NCBI RefSeq assembly: GCF_964188315.1
Contig: NC_135661.1
Coordinates: 77,376,001-77,440,000, forward strand
Length of the DNA stretch: 64,000 nt
Origin: Podarcis muralis
Lineage: Eukaryota
Direction: 5' to 3'
The notes under the pieces are model-generated. The model made no database searches and had not been told where the DNA came from. It saw nothing but the letters and a program-made list of their open reading frames with translations. This document shows, one piece after another, positions 50,034 through 61,712 of the stretch (positions within the stretch are counted from its first letter, which is position 1; each line of letters begins with the position of its first letter). A program made the translations under genes and the position numbers.

Positions 50034-50795
50034 GAAAAAGGGGAGTTATTAGAACTACTGGCAAGTTCCTTGGGTCCTGCTGTCTGGATTTGGTTCCTTT
50101 GATGAGTAGTGAAAACCAGCTTTTTCCAGTACTGTATTTGATATAGGTACAAATACACAACACCACTTGCGCTTCTACAGAGCAACAGATCTACTGTCTT
50201 ATGTCATCTCCCCAGAGGATGATTCCTTAATTTAATCTCAACTCAGTTCTCTCCCGCCCAGTCTCTCTCTTTCTTTCTCTCCCTCTCCCCCCAATTCCTC
50301 TGTCATTCATTCCCACACACTTCACATAAACTGGGCAGGGGGTGGGGGTGATGTGTTCCCTCCCAGCCCTGATAACTCTCTGATTCAGAATATTCCCGAA
50401 AGCTCTCCAGTGATCTCCCAACCATTAGCTCCCATTCAGAAACATCCACTGAACATCCTGGACATCATTCTTTTGTCCAAACTGCTGACTCTGAGAGCAG
50501 GCACTGCTGAAGCAAGATCTTCGAGAGAGCAACCCTACATCATCATCCATGTGGGACCTGCAAAAAAATAATAATGTTGCAGTGAATTTCCGCCTTCTAA
50601 TACAATTACCAAAGCAAGAGTATACGAGGCCCTACTTAGCTTCATAAATGTGCTAAATGTTTTATTACTGCACCACATGTCCACTTTCACCACACCATTC
50701 CAGCACACAAGATTTGTTTTTATTTTTGGATTCTTCATAGTCTGCATTTTCTGTTTAACCACCAGAGTTCACTATTAGAAGGAGTTCTTGCTGTT

Positions 50796-51162
50796 TGTTA
50801 TGTACTGAGTTGAATAGGATCCAAACTGCAGCAGTCTGATTGGTCCTAGAACAATAGGATCCAAAAGGCAGCAGTCTGATTGGTCCTAGAACAATAGGCT
50901 TCAGAATGCAGCAGTCTGATTGGTCCTAGAACAATGCAGCAGTATGATTGGTTGGCAGGAACTACCCAATCATGCTCCAGATAGAAGTGAATCCACAACC
51001 TGATTGGCTTACAGTAGAATTCCGGAATTAGCCAATCATGTGCAGCCCTTGTGTAAATAATGTATATAAAGCAGATACTGAGGGGACATTCATTCATTCC
51101 TCCTCACCACTATGAGCTGAATAAAGAGCATGAAATCACTTGGCGACTCTGAGTATATTTCA
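50796..51162 (+). repeat. 5' LTR
   Basis: TG...CA ends; internal 38-bp tandem units with ATTGG; TATATAAA; AATAAA. Confidence 0.97.
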
Positions 51163-51163
51163 C

Positions 51164-51181
51164 TGGCGACGAGGATGGGAT
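51164..51181 (+). promoter_or_regulatory. Primer-binding site, complementary to the tRNA-Ser(GCU) 3' end
   Basis: TGGCGACGAGGATGGGAT is the reverse complement of ATCCCATCCTCGTCG-CCA (tRNA identity from memory; check GtRNAdb). Confidence 0.8.
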
Positions 51182-51287
51182 CCCGCTGAGCTGACTGCCA
51201 CACACAGCACCGCAGCACCGCCACCTGCCGCACCGCTGCCTCGCACCGTGTATCCAGGCTTCAGCTCCGGGACACAAGGAACTCAGA

Positions 51288-54200
51288 ATGGCAACTGACA
51301 GCAGCTTCTCGCCATTCAACCCAGCATCCGGAGACTGGGAAGCGTACGCCTCCCGTTTCACCTTCCTCCTAGAAGCCAAAGGGGTCACCGATGAAGAAGA
51401 CGCCAAGAAGAGGGCGATATTCTTCAGCGTCTGTGGAGAGGAGACGTTTGAAATCGCCCGGGCTCTCCTTGCACCTGAAGACGTCGCTAAGGTTCCATAC
51501 AAAACAATAATGGAACAGCTGAAGGGGCACTTTTCACCGCAGCCCTCAGTGGTGGCTCGTCGAAATGCCTTCTACGCAAAGCGGCAAGCCCCTGGGGAAA
51601 CCATAACTGGGTTTGTGACCTCTCTCCGCCAAGCCGCCCGGTTCTGCAACTTCTCAGAGCTGGAGAACATGCTTCGTGACCGCCTCGTCGGTGGCCTGAA
51701 GGATGAGAAGCTGCAACGACGCCTCTACGCTAAGAAGGACCTAACGTTCCAGGTCGCTCTGGAGGAGGCCCTGGCAACGGAAGCTGCCGAGAGGTCGACG
51801 CAAGAGGCACGGCTGAGCCTGCCGTCCCAACCGAGGGTCCACCACGAAGACCTCACCGACAACTCAGGATCCGACAGGGAGGAGGTGCACCGAGTACAGC
51901 AGCGCACTCAAGCAGCCCACATACCACACCTGCCTCGACGAGAAGGAGGAAACTGCGCAAGCTGCGGGGAAAGTCACGAGAGGAGGACCTGCCGTTTCCG
52001 CAACGCAGAGTGCAGGCAGTGCAGAAAATTGGGACACATCGCCCGGGTGTGTCGGGCTCGGCCCCCCCAACGCCAGGCATCAGATGACCAATCCAAGAGC
52101 CCCAGGTCCCGGGGCCCAACGCACCAAGGCAACTCGACGGAGCTCACAGACTTCCAGGTATACCAGTTGCCCCACCCCAACGTAGAGAAAATTTATGTAG
52201 AGGTACAGATAGAGGGGGCCCCATGCCGCATGGAGCTTGACACGGGTTCAACTCTATCCATAATCTCGGCAAGGACCTTAAGGAAACTGTGTCCTACTGG
52301 GGGTCCCAAACTCAGGCCGGCCCCATTCACCCTCCGGGACTTCCAGAAACGTAAGGTCCCCACAATGGGGGTGGGGACCTTCAGGGTGCAATACCGAGGG
52401 CGGACGCGGCAACTGGACTTGCTTGTGGTCAAGGGCCCCTACATTAGCTTACTGGGTTTGGCATGGTTTGGACCACTGGGGCTAGCCGTCACTGGGGTGA
52501 ACCACACTAGCTTACAAGTGGACGTGGACGCCATATGCAAGGAATTTCCAGGGCTTTTCGATGGGAAATTGGGACAGTATACGGGGCCCCCCATTGCTCT
52601 ACAGCTTGACCCCGCAGTACGACCAGTCAGGCTCAAGGCCCGCCGGGTCCCGTTCGCCCTGAAACCCCGTATAGATGAGGAATTGGACCGGCTCGTGGAG
52701 CAAGGAGTGCTGGAACCGGTGCCTAATGCTCCCTGGGAAACCCCAATCGTCACACCCGTCAAGCCTAATGGTTCGGTCCGCATCTGCGCAGACTACAAAT
52801 GTACCATAAACAAGGCCCTCACAGCCCATGCATACCCAGTGCCAGTGGTCAGCCATGTTCTCGCCACCCTGGCTGGATCGAAAATTTTTGGCAAGCTGGA
52901 CTTGGCCCAAGCATATCAACAGCTACCAGTAGATGAGGCCACAGCAGAGGCACAGACGATTGTGACGCACAGAGGAGCGTTCAGGGTAAAGCGGCTGCAA
53001 TTCGGTGTCAGTGTGGCACCAGGCATATTCCAGAATCTAATGGACTCGCTCCTTAAAGGGATTCCTGGCGTCACCCCCTTCTTCGATGATGTGTTGATTG
53101 CTGGGCCCACACCAGAGGAGTTTGAGGACCGCCTCCGCACCGTTCTGCACCGTTTCCAGACAGCGGGTCTCAAGGTGAAGCGGGAAAAATGTCTACTAGG
53201 AGTGCCTCAGGTGGACTTTCTGGGATTTATGGTGGACGCAGAAGGGGTCCACCCAACTGGGGACAAGGTACGGGCCATTTGTGATGCCCCAGCGCCCAAG
53301 AACAAGACTGAACTTCAGGCCTTCTTGGGACTATTGAACTTTTACCATTCCTTCCTTCCCCACAAGGCGGCGGTAGCGGAGCCCCTACACAGACTCCTGG
53401 ACAAGCGGGCCCCTTGGGTGTGGGGCCAGCGCCAGGAGGCCGCATTCCAGGCAGTCAAGGACTTGCTTGTCTCAAACTCGGTCTTGGCACACTTCGACGA
53501 GAGGCTGCCGGTGGTGCTAGCATGCGACGCCTCACCCTATGGCATTGGCGCTGTCCTGGGACACCAACTCCCGGATGGAAGAGAGGTGCCGGTTGCATAC
53601 TTTTCCCAGACACTCAATGCAACCGAGCGGAACTACTCGCAAATCGACAAGGAGGGTCTGGCAATCGTGAAGGGAGTAAAAAAATTCCATGATTTCTTGT
53701 ACGGGCGGCCCTTCACCGTGGTGACTGACCACAAGCCGTTGCTTGGCTTGTTTGCCCCTGAAAAGCAGACCCCCCAAGTGCTGTCTCCTCGCGTCCTCAG
53801 GTGGTCAATTTTCCTTGCCAGCTACCAGTATGCACTGATTCACCGCCCTGGGAAGGCGATGGGCCATGCAGACGCCCTCAGCAGGCTACCACTACCGGAA
53901 ACAGGCCCCGACCCAGCACCTGCACAAGAGGTTATGAGCCTGGAGCTGCTTCCCGACCGCCCCATTCAGGCACAAGAAGTTGCACACCACTCCAAGAAAG
54001 ATAGGGTCATCTCCCGGGTCCTGGACTGGGTGTGGAGGGGATGGCCCAGCAGCAGCCCCGGGCCAGAATTCGCCGGCTACACAACCCGCAAACATGAACT
54101 GTCGGCACACAAGGGGTGCCTGTTATGGGGAAGCAGGGTCGTTGTTCCCCAGCCCCTTCGCAAAAGGGTCCTCACAGCCTTACACGAGACACACCCAGGG

Positions 54201-55364
54201 GTAGTAAGAATGAAGGCCCTTGCCAGGAGTTATGTGTGGTGGCCAGGGATCGACGGAGAGATAGAGGCCTGGGTCAAACACTGCCAGGCCTGCCAAGAAT
54301 CCCGCCCAGATCCCCCAAGGGCCCCAGTCCAGTCCTGGGAGTCCGCCCGAGCACCATGGTCACGCCTGCACGTGGACTTCGCTGGCCCCTTTCAGGGGAA
54401 AACATTCTTCATAGTGGTGGACTCCTACACCAAATGGCTGGAAGTCGCACTGGTACCGTCCACTTCTACGTCCGCAGCCATCCGGGTACTACGCAGGCTG
54501 TTTGCAACCCACGGGCTCCCTGACACTCTCGTCTCAGACAACGGGACTGCATTTACGTCAGGAGAATTCCAAACCTTCACAGCGCAGAACGCCATCCGCC
54601 ACATCCGTTCGGCGCCATTTCACCCTGCCACCAATGGCCAAGCAGAACGCATGGTGCGGACCACCAAGGACACCCTTCGCCGCATGACGCAAGGGGATTG
54701 GGAGTACCGCCTTGCCACATTCCTTCTAGCACAACACAGCACCCCCAGCTCAACGACTGGCCGGAGCCCCGCTGAACTACTAATGGGTAGGCGCCTTGCA
54801 ATCAGATTGGACCGCCTTCACCCCGATAGAGCTCAGGATGAGGTAGTGGTGGGGGAAGGCAAGAACTCCCGGACCTTCGAGGCTCAGGACCCCGTGTACG
54901 CAAAGAATTTTGGGGCAGGCCCAGCATGGGTACCCGCCACAGTTACCAGGGTCACTGGCCCCGTGTCGTATGAGGTGCTAACGGATGGGGGGCAATGCTG
55001 GCGCCGCCACTGCGACCAGATACGGCGACGATTCCCGGGAGAAAACCAGGAGGAGGAAAGGGCAGAGGAGTCCCAAGGGAACAGAGGGGCAGTGAGGCCC
55101 ATAGAGCATGAGGGGCCAGCAGGAGAGGCAGAATCAGTAAATACAGAGAGGACCTGCGAGGCCGAAAGGACACCGGAACCAGAACCACAACTGAGCGAGC
55201 CGGTTGCGCCAGACCAAACAGCCCCATCACAGCCAGCATCCTTGGAACACGGGCCAGAACCTGAACCCCGGACCAGGGAACACCCTAGGCCGCAACGCAC
55301 ACGTAGGCCGCCGGCGTACCTCAAGGACTATGAATGCAACCTCCCGGGCAGGACTGGAACTTAG
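51288..55364 (+). CDS. Gag-Pol polyprotein (Gag, zinc knuckles, protease, RT, RNase H, integrase), 1358 aa, uninterrupted
   Basis: Knuckles CASCGESHERRTC and CRQCRKLGHIARVC; protease LDTGS; RT ICADYK, KLDLAQAY, FFDD; RNase H CDAS, TDHKPL; integrase H..THPG..CQAC, VDFAGP, SDNG, AERM. No env. Confidence 0.97.
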   Translation: MATDSSFSPFNPASGDWEAYASRFTFLLEAKGVTDEEDAKKRAIFFSVCGEETFEIARALLAPEDVAKVPYKTIMEQLKGHFSPQPSVVARRNAFYAKRQAPGETITGFVTSLRQAARFCNFSELENMLRDRLVGGLKDEKLQRRLYAKKDLTFQVALEEALATEAAERSTQEARLSLPSQPRVHHEDLTDNSGSDREEVHRVQQRTQAAHIPHLPRREGGNCASCGESHERRTCRFRNAECRQCRKLGHIARVCRARPPQRQASDDQSKSPRSRGPTHQGNSTELTDFQVYQLPHPNVEKIYVEVQIEGAPCRMELDTGSTLSIISARTLRKLCPTGGPKLRPAPFTLRDFQKRKVPTMGVGTFRVQYRGRTRQLDLLVVKGPYISLLGLAWFGPLGLAVTGVNHTSLQVDVDAICKEFPGLFDGKLGQYTGPPIALQLDPAVRPVRLKARRVPFALKPRIDEELDRLVEQGVLEPVPNAPWETPIVTPVKPNGSVRICADYKCTINKALTAHAYPVPVVSHVLATLAGSKIFGKLDLAQAYQQLPVDEATAEAQTIVTHRGAFRVKRLQFGVSVAPGIFQNLMDSLLKGIPGVTPFFDDVLIAGPTPEEFEDRLRTVLHRFQTAGLKVKREKCLLGVPQVDFLGFMVDAEGVHPTGDKVRAICDAPAPKNKTELQAFLGLLNFYHSFLPHKAAVAEPLHRLLDKRAPWVWGQRQEAAFQAVKDLLVSNSVLAHFDERLPVVLACDASPYGIGAVLGHQLPDGREVPVAYFSQTLNATERNYSQIDKEGLAIVKGVKKFHDFLYGRPFTVVTDHKPLLGLFAPEKQTPQVLSPRVLRWSIFLASYQYALIHRPGKAMGHADALSRLPLPETGPDPAPAQEVMSLELLPDRPIQAQEVAHHSKKDRVISRVLDWVWRGWPSSSPGPEFAGYTTRKHELSAHKGCLLWGSRVVVPQPLRKRVLTALHETHPGVVRMKALARSYVWWPGIDGEIEAWVKHCQACQESRPDPPRAPVQSWESARAPWSRLHVDFAGPFQGKTFFIVVDSYTKWLEVALVPSTSTSAAIRVLRRLFATHGLPDTLVSDNGTAFTSGEFQTFTAQNAIRHIRSAPFHPATNGQAERMVRTTKDTLRRMTQGDWEYRLATFLLAQHSTPSSTTGRSPAELLMGRRLAIRLDRLHPDRAQDEVVVGEGKNSRTFEAQDPVYAKNFGAGPAWVPATVTRVTGPVSYEVLTDGGQCWRRHCDQIRRRFPGENQEEERAEESQGNRGAVRPIEHEGPAGEAESVNTERTCEAERTPEPEPQLSEPVAPDQTAPSQPASLEHGPEPEPRTREHPRPQRTRRPPAYLKDYECNLPGRTGT

Positions 55365-55374
55365 AGGGGAGGGG

Positions 55375-55742
55375 TGTTATGTACTGAGTTGAATAGGATC
55401 CAAACTGCAGCAGTCTGATTGGTCCTAGAACAATAGGATCCAAAAGGCAGCAGTCTGATTGGTCCTAGAACAATAGGCTTCAGAATGCAGCAGTCTGATT
55501 GGTCCTAGAACAATGCAGCAGTATGATTGGTTGGCAGGAACTACCCAATCATGCTCCAGATAGAAGTGAATCCACAACCTGATTGGCTTACAGTAGAATT
55601 CCGGAATTAGCCAATCATGTGCAGCCCTTTGTGTAAATAATGTATATAAAGCAGATACTGAGGGGACATTCATTCATTCCTCCTCACCACTATGAGCTGA
55701 ATAAAGAGCATGAAATCACTTGGCGACTCTGAGTATATTTCA
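55375..55742 (+). repeat. 3' LTR
   Basis: Copy of 50796-51162 with one extra T. Confidence 0.97.
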
Positions 55743-56819
55743 CTGTTATAGCTCCTCTCTGTATGCAGTACAAAGCGTATAGCAAACAACCACCAAAAAA
55801 GAGCCATTTACTGTCTTTAAATGAGTTTAAAGTCAGACTTTCGGCAGCATGGAATAACAGAGGACGATGCAACCAAAATGCACATGGGTATAAATGCAGC
55901 TACATGGATTCAGGATTAGTTTCAGCTGGGATTACGTGAGCATTGAGGATTAATGGCCAGGTTAATAATTACTTTTAAGGGAATGCCAAGTATTGATAAG
56001 GGATCTTAAAGAGAACAGTGAGCACACATGAAGATCAACACCCACAGAATTCAATATGCATTTGCGCAAATGTGTGTAATGAAACGTGGAAACGTGCTTC
56101 TTCACACGGTACATAAAACTATGGAACTCACTCCCACTGGAGAGGCAGGGATGGCCACCGACTCAGGTGGTTTTGTTGTAAACCAGAAATTACAACAGCT
56201 TTAAATGAGGATTAGGCAAACCAATGAAGAAGGGGATCTATCAATGGCTGCTAACAATGATGGCTAAGCTCCTGCCTCCACAGTGGAGGCAGTATTATAT
56301 GTGTGTGTGTGTTTAACAGATTGCGTGTGCATGATTGTTCAAAGTTTCTTTCTATGCTTTTAACTGTTCTTATTTCATCCGCAAGCCCCCTGAGACCCCG
56401 CGAGGGAAAATAGCTGGGTGGGTGTTCTTTCATTTGGGAGGTGGGGTTGCTTTAAATTGGTTTTTAAATGCTAGATGTTGATTTGTATTTTTGCATTTGC
56501 ATTTGTTCAGGGCTTTTGTTGAGAAGTGCTTTTTTTTTTTAGTTTGCATACATGACCATTGCTTGTCGTTTAAATGATTGTCATCATGTATGTTGTGTTT
56601 TTGCATTGTAACTTTGTGCTGAGACTTATGGGTATAGGGCAGTATACAAATTTAATAAATAATATAAAAGTATTATAATTATTATTTTATTTTATTAAGT
56701 TGGAAACCACAGGAGGGGAAAGGTGCTCTTGTGCTCAGATCCAGCTTGCACGTTTCCCACATGCGTCTGGTTCGCCCCTGTGAGAGCAGGGATCCGATTA
56801 TGCTCCGACTTCTGTAAGA

Positions 56820-57310
56820 TAGGCAGGGTTTTTGTGCAACACTATTTACGGCGCCAATAATAAAGCTCGCTCACTTCCGGGAATGCCCCTCTTTGAGCTG
56901 CAGGGGGTCTTGCCACCCCCCCCCCCAAGTTAGATCCGCGCGTTGCTTCAGCGCAGCCCTCGCCACCCGCGAGAGAGGCCTATACTAGGCCCCCAAAGAC
57001 CGTCTTTTTCCTAGTTCTGACGTCTCCATGGTTACCGGGCCTCGCGGAGGGGAGGGGGGAGCAGCGGGTAAAACAGAGCGGGGGGGGGGAAGGAAAGCTA
57101 CGTGACGAGCGTCTCATATCTCCCGCTGGGCGTGGCCCGGGAAAAGTCTGGAACTTCGTTTCGATTGGAGGGTGAGGCGCCGCCTCTTTGTTTCCCTATT
57201 GGTTGTTGCGCGCTGACGGGCATCTCGAAGTTCAGCGAAGCTGTTGGTAATTCAACGTTGGGCTTTGCATATCCGAAAGGCGGTGCAAATTTTGCGTTGA
57301 AGACTTTGGT
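56820..57310. promoter_or_regulatory. CpG island / probable promoter, gene unidentified
   Basis: CpG-dense; overlapping ETS/STAT CACTTCCGGGAA near 56873; RFX X-box-like GTCTCCATGGTTAC near 57022; two ATTGG; GC boxes. Confidence 0.6.
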
Positions 57311-57717
57311 CTTGCCACAAGTGTTTCTAAAGTGGAGGTTTTCATTCCACCAGTCGGTATCCATTGGATTTGAAATTGATTTTATGTATTCCAGTCATTT
57401 TAATTGTTTTTTTATAAAAAAAGAAACCCAGATACGCTTGTTTTCATTTTCTAAATATGTATGCAAGTGTTTTATATGTGTTTTTATTTTATTGTGAGAT
57501 TGCTTCAAAATGCTTTGTAGGACACGGTTCAGAAATGAAATCATTCTTCCTCTTTGGATCTTCTTTTGGTGGATTTCTTGTAGGTAATGTTCCACAATCT
57601 CAGGGCTCTGTAGCAGCAAAAAACAAACCAAAAAAAACCACACACACTCCAAAACCCATTATATAGCACTCAGAATTAATAGTTGCTTCTAGATCTCAGT
57701 GTGTGCAAAGGTGCTTA

Positions 57718-57943
57718 CAGTGGTACCTTGGGTTACATACGCTTCAGGTTACAGACTCCGCTAACCCAGAAATAGTACCTTGGGTTAAGAACTTTGCTTC
57801 AGGATGAGAACAGAAATCGTGCTCCGACGGCACAGCGGCAGCAGGAGGCCCCATTAGCTAAAGTGGTGCTTCAGGTTAAGAACAGTTTCAGGTTAAGAAC
57901 AGACCTCCAGAACGAATTAAGTACTTAACCCGAGGTACCACTG
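57718..57943. mobile_element. Tc1/mariner-type MITE
   Basis: TA|CAGTGGTACC...GGTACCACTG|TA. Confidence 0.85.
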
Positions 57944-59363
57944 TACTGGGAAAAGATGTCCCCTTAAGTTTCCCAAGCCCATAATGTAAACAGTTTTAGG
58001 CAAAGTACCTTGAACTTCTCCAGGAAACAAACCTGGAACGTTTTTTGGTTTTTTTTACCCCACTCATCAACCAAAAAGGCTCCCAGAGTGACTTGCATAC
58101 AAGCAAGACAAGACAACCCCTTCCCATAGGCTTACAATTAAAAAAACAAAAAACATGACACACAAGGAAAAAGGCACAGGGAGGGAAGAGGAAAATCAAA
58201 ACTCAGGCACAGTTGCTCTTATATCGACCAGCTGGCACAGTTCAGCGGAAGGAGTTGCTTGATGCAGTGGCTTCCCCCAGATGTCAGCTGTGGGCAACTC
58301 AGTGGTATAACCATGTACATGTGGCTTCTACTGCTGTGTGTATTGTAAACCTTGTGTATGTACAGATAGTGCATTCCTTTATCCTCTCAAGTTGCACAGT
58401 TTGCAATTGCAGCGTAGAAAATCCGAGCGAGGCTCGTGAACCGAATATCAGTGGTTTGTAAAGGCAAAGGCATTAATCTGAGCAAATTAGATCCATGAAT
58501 AATCTCAGGAGGTTTTAATGCATTTTTTTAATTGCATTTTAAACAGGGAGCTTACTTATTCTTCCTTTGTGTCTGCACTGCTAGCATTTTACTGTATTTC
58601 CAGTAGCCTGCAGGCTGCAAGTGATAGAAATTCATTGAAAAGGGAAAATTCCCCCAAACAGTTGACAACCTTTTAAACTGGCTCTTCTCCCCTGGCGCAC
58701 ACCAAAGAAATTGTGGAGTTTTTTTCTGACCTGCAGAAGCAGCAATGAGAAAAGCTTCACCGGTTTAATTCTGTTTGCTGCATTGCTATTTCTAAGTACA
58801 CAACGGCATGGCCAGTCAAAAATGTTGGCACCTTTATTTCTCTTCCCGCCCCATGAATCCACTGATAACAGGTGTCTGGCTGCAACTCGACAAATGAACA
58901 CACTTTGTCTCTGCTGTTAAAAGGCAAGATACGGGATCCAGCATGTTCTCTGTGGGGTCACCCCTCTTGGCTGCCAGTTTCGTATACTGAGAGGGCAGCC
59001 CCCTTGGACTTCAGAAGGCGAATGGTGTTGGTTTACGCCGGCAGAGAAGGTCAGGGAGAGGTGAAACAAGGCCATTTGGCTTTACTGGGCATTTCCTGGT
59101 CCAGGCATCATCATTCGGCCATTTAGGAAAGATTACCAGCCTGAGCTCCAACCTACGTGTGACATTATTCAAGCATGCTTCATCTGACATCTGCTGTTAT
59201 TTTGGAAAAACAACAACACCCTTGCAAGGCCCTGCTCCAAAATGTGTGCTCCCAGTTCTGCTGCTTTATTTATTTATAATTACAGTTATGGGGTGCTAGA
59301 GGAGGGGGAGAGCTAGGGGGAGACGCCATGCTCCTTCTTTGACCACTTTTGGTCTCTACCCAA

Positions 59364-59611
59364 AAGCCAGTGTGGTGTAGTGGTTAAGAGTGGTAGTCTT
59401 GTAATCTGGTGAACCGGGTTCGCGTCTCCGCTCTTCTACAAGCAGCTGTTGGGTGACCTTGGGCTAGTCACACTTCTCTAAAGTCTCTCAGCCCCACTCA
59501 CCTCACAGAGTGTTTGTTGTGGGGGAGGAAGGGAAAGGAGAATGTTAGCCGCTTTGAGACTCCTTCGGGTAGTGATAAAGCGGGATATCAAATCCAAACT
59601 CTTCTTCTTCT
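59364..59611 (+). mobile_element. tRNA-derived squamate SINE (Squam-type), near full length
   Basis: A-box gtggtgtagtggttaag, B-box-like ccgggttcgcgtctcc, (CTT)n tail, and TCTACCCA on both flanks. Subfamily name uncertain. Confidence 0.8.
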
Positions 59612-60058
59612 ACCCAGCACTCAGCTCTCAGCTGTAGCTCCTAGAAGCCATAAGCATTAGACTTCCCCTAGATGAGGCTCATCAACCTGGGAAGGGAGCC
59701 CACCTAGAAGAAGGAAAACTCTGCTCCTAAACCTCCACTGCTTTGTGGCATATTTTCGGAAGAATAAAAAGCTAAGCAGTAAACCGTACACAAATCCAGA
59801 GTGGAGTCTCTAAGGCAGTTGGGTGGCACCTTCTGCTCTTCCGGCAACTCCTGCAGCCAAGCATGGTGTCACAACAACATTGCAAGGTTGGTTAGGCTGA
59901 GAGATTTCAACTTGCACTCAGTGGGCTTTATGGCTGAATGGGAAATTTGAACCTTGGCCTTCCAGACCTTTAGTCTGACACTGGCTGCAACTGCTATTTG
60001 CTCACTCCTGGCTGCTTCCTAGTGGGATGGTGAGGAATGGCAGCCAGGTAAGGGGGTA

Positions 60059-60463
60059 CAGTGGTACCTCGGGTTAAGAACTTAACCTGAAACTGTTCTT
60101 AACCTGAAGCACCAATTTAGCTAATGGGGTCTCCCGCTGCCGCTGCTGTGCGATTTCTGTTCTCATCCTGAAGCAAAGTTCTTAACCCAAGGTACTATTT
60201 CTGGGTTAGTGGAGTCTGTAACCTGAAGCGTCTGTAACCCGAGGTACCACTGAACAGTGGTACCTCTAGATACGAACTTAATTCGTTCCAGAGGTCCATT
60301 CTTAACCGGAAACTGTTCTTAATGAGAGGCATGCTTTTGCTGCAGCCGGGCCGCCGGCACATGATTTCCATTCTCATCCTGGGGCAAAGTTCTCAACTTG
60401 AGGTAACTCTTCCAGGTTAGCGAAGTTTGCAACCTGAGGCGTTTTTAACTTGAAGTACCACTG
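60059..60463. mobile_element. Two adjacent Tc1/mariner-type MITEs (60059-60252, 60255-60463)
   Basis: Two CAGTGGTACC...GTACCACTG units. Confidence 0.75.
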
Positions 60464-61712
60464 TAGTTTTCAGCAGATGACTAGTGCAGGCCCCCAGTCT
60501 GGATCAGGAGTGCATTCTGGATTGGGGCCCTGTGAATGGGTTTCTCCCAGCCCTTCAAAATAAAAACAGGCAGGTTAAGCACGTTTGTTTATAAAGCCCA
60601 TGAAAAAGGTTAGCTGTAGTTTTTCTCTTAAATATGATCAGCCTGGAAGCAAAATGTCAAAATTTACTGAGGGTCCTTTCTTTTAAGTGAAACACCCCTG
60701 AGATAAGAGGCAAAAATAAAAATGGTGCAGCCCTGGAATTTGAACAAACTGCTTCTTAATACAACCGAGTCTAGGAAAGATGTTGTTTTTAACCTAAGAG
60801 TGGGAAAGTACAGACTGAGGTACACGATGGTAACCAAAGTTCAAATTATGGTCCTTGAGGGTGGCTGTGTTTTTCCGCTTGAGAGTCATGTCCCTAGTCT
60901 TAATAGACACTGCAGTCTAAAGAAAAATGTTAGAGCTGAAGCAGCCTGTGATGTGCATTTAACAGGAAAACAGATACAGAGGGCGTTAAAGAGAAACACT
61001 CTGTTTCCCATGAAACCATCCATCCCATTTCCCCCCAAGTGTCTACCACTGCCACACAAAACCAGCACTTTCCTTAAAAAATAAGAAGAAGGCGGAGTAC
61101 AGCACATAGGGGATAAGATCAACAAAAAAGTCAGAAAAACACTAGCTGTTATTCTGGCATTGTAGGGGGTTGGACTAGATGACCCTTGGGGTCCCATCCA
61201 ACTCTACAATTCTATGATTCATTCATTTAAAACATAAATAAATACTGTCTGGTTATAAGAGGGAGGACAGCAGAAATCATGTTGTAAAGGCCTGTCGCAA
61301 CAACAAAAGTTTTCTGAAGGAAGGGAGGGATGTTTCCTGCTGAGTATCTACTGGCAGGGAGTTCCACAGGGCAGGGTCTGCCACTCTTAAGCCTCTGTCC
61401 TGACTTGAAGGCCAGCCAAACCTCAGGAGCATGGAGAACTCAATAATGAAGTGCCCGGGTAATGTTCATCCATTACAATAGTCACATATCACTTGACTTA
61501 GCTGGCACACTGAGCAGGAGATTTCTGAGATTCCCGCATCGCAGGGGGTTGGACTAGATGACCTTTGTGGTCCCTTCCCACTCTGCAGTTTTGGCTGGGT
61601 GGCTTTGGGTCAATCACTGTCTCTTAGCTTAACTTATGTCACAGCACTGTTTATGAGGATATAACGTGGAGGTGAAAAATCCACGTACCCCGTCTTGAAG
61701 GAAAGGTGGGAT

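Larger units (their letters stand above)
50796..55742 (+). mobile_element. Full-length Ty3/Gypsy LTR retrotransposon (Mag-like), 4947 bp
   Basis: 5' LTR 50796-51162 and 3' LTR 55375-55742 (TGTTA...TTTCA) differ by one T in my by-eye comparison. TSD CTGTT at 50791-50795 and 55743-55747; PBS at 51164-51181; PPT AGAGGGGAGGGG at 55363-55374. Confidence 0.98.

Noticed and set aside
50816-50955. Regularly spaced ~28-bp repeats resembling a CRISPR array
   Set aside because: They are tandem units inside a retrotransposon LTR in a vertebrate genome, with no unique spacers and no cas genes.
59364-59440. tRNA-like A/B boxes
   Set aside because: Head of a tRNA-derived SINE; no cloverleaf or acceptor stem.
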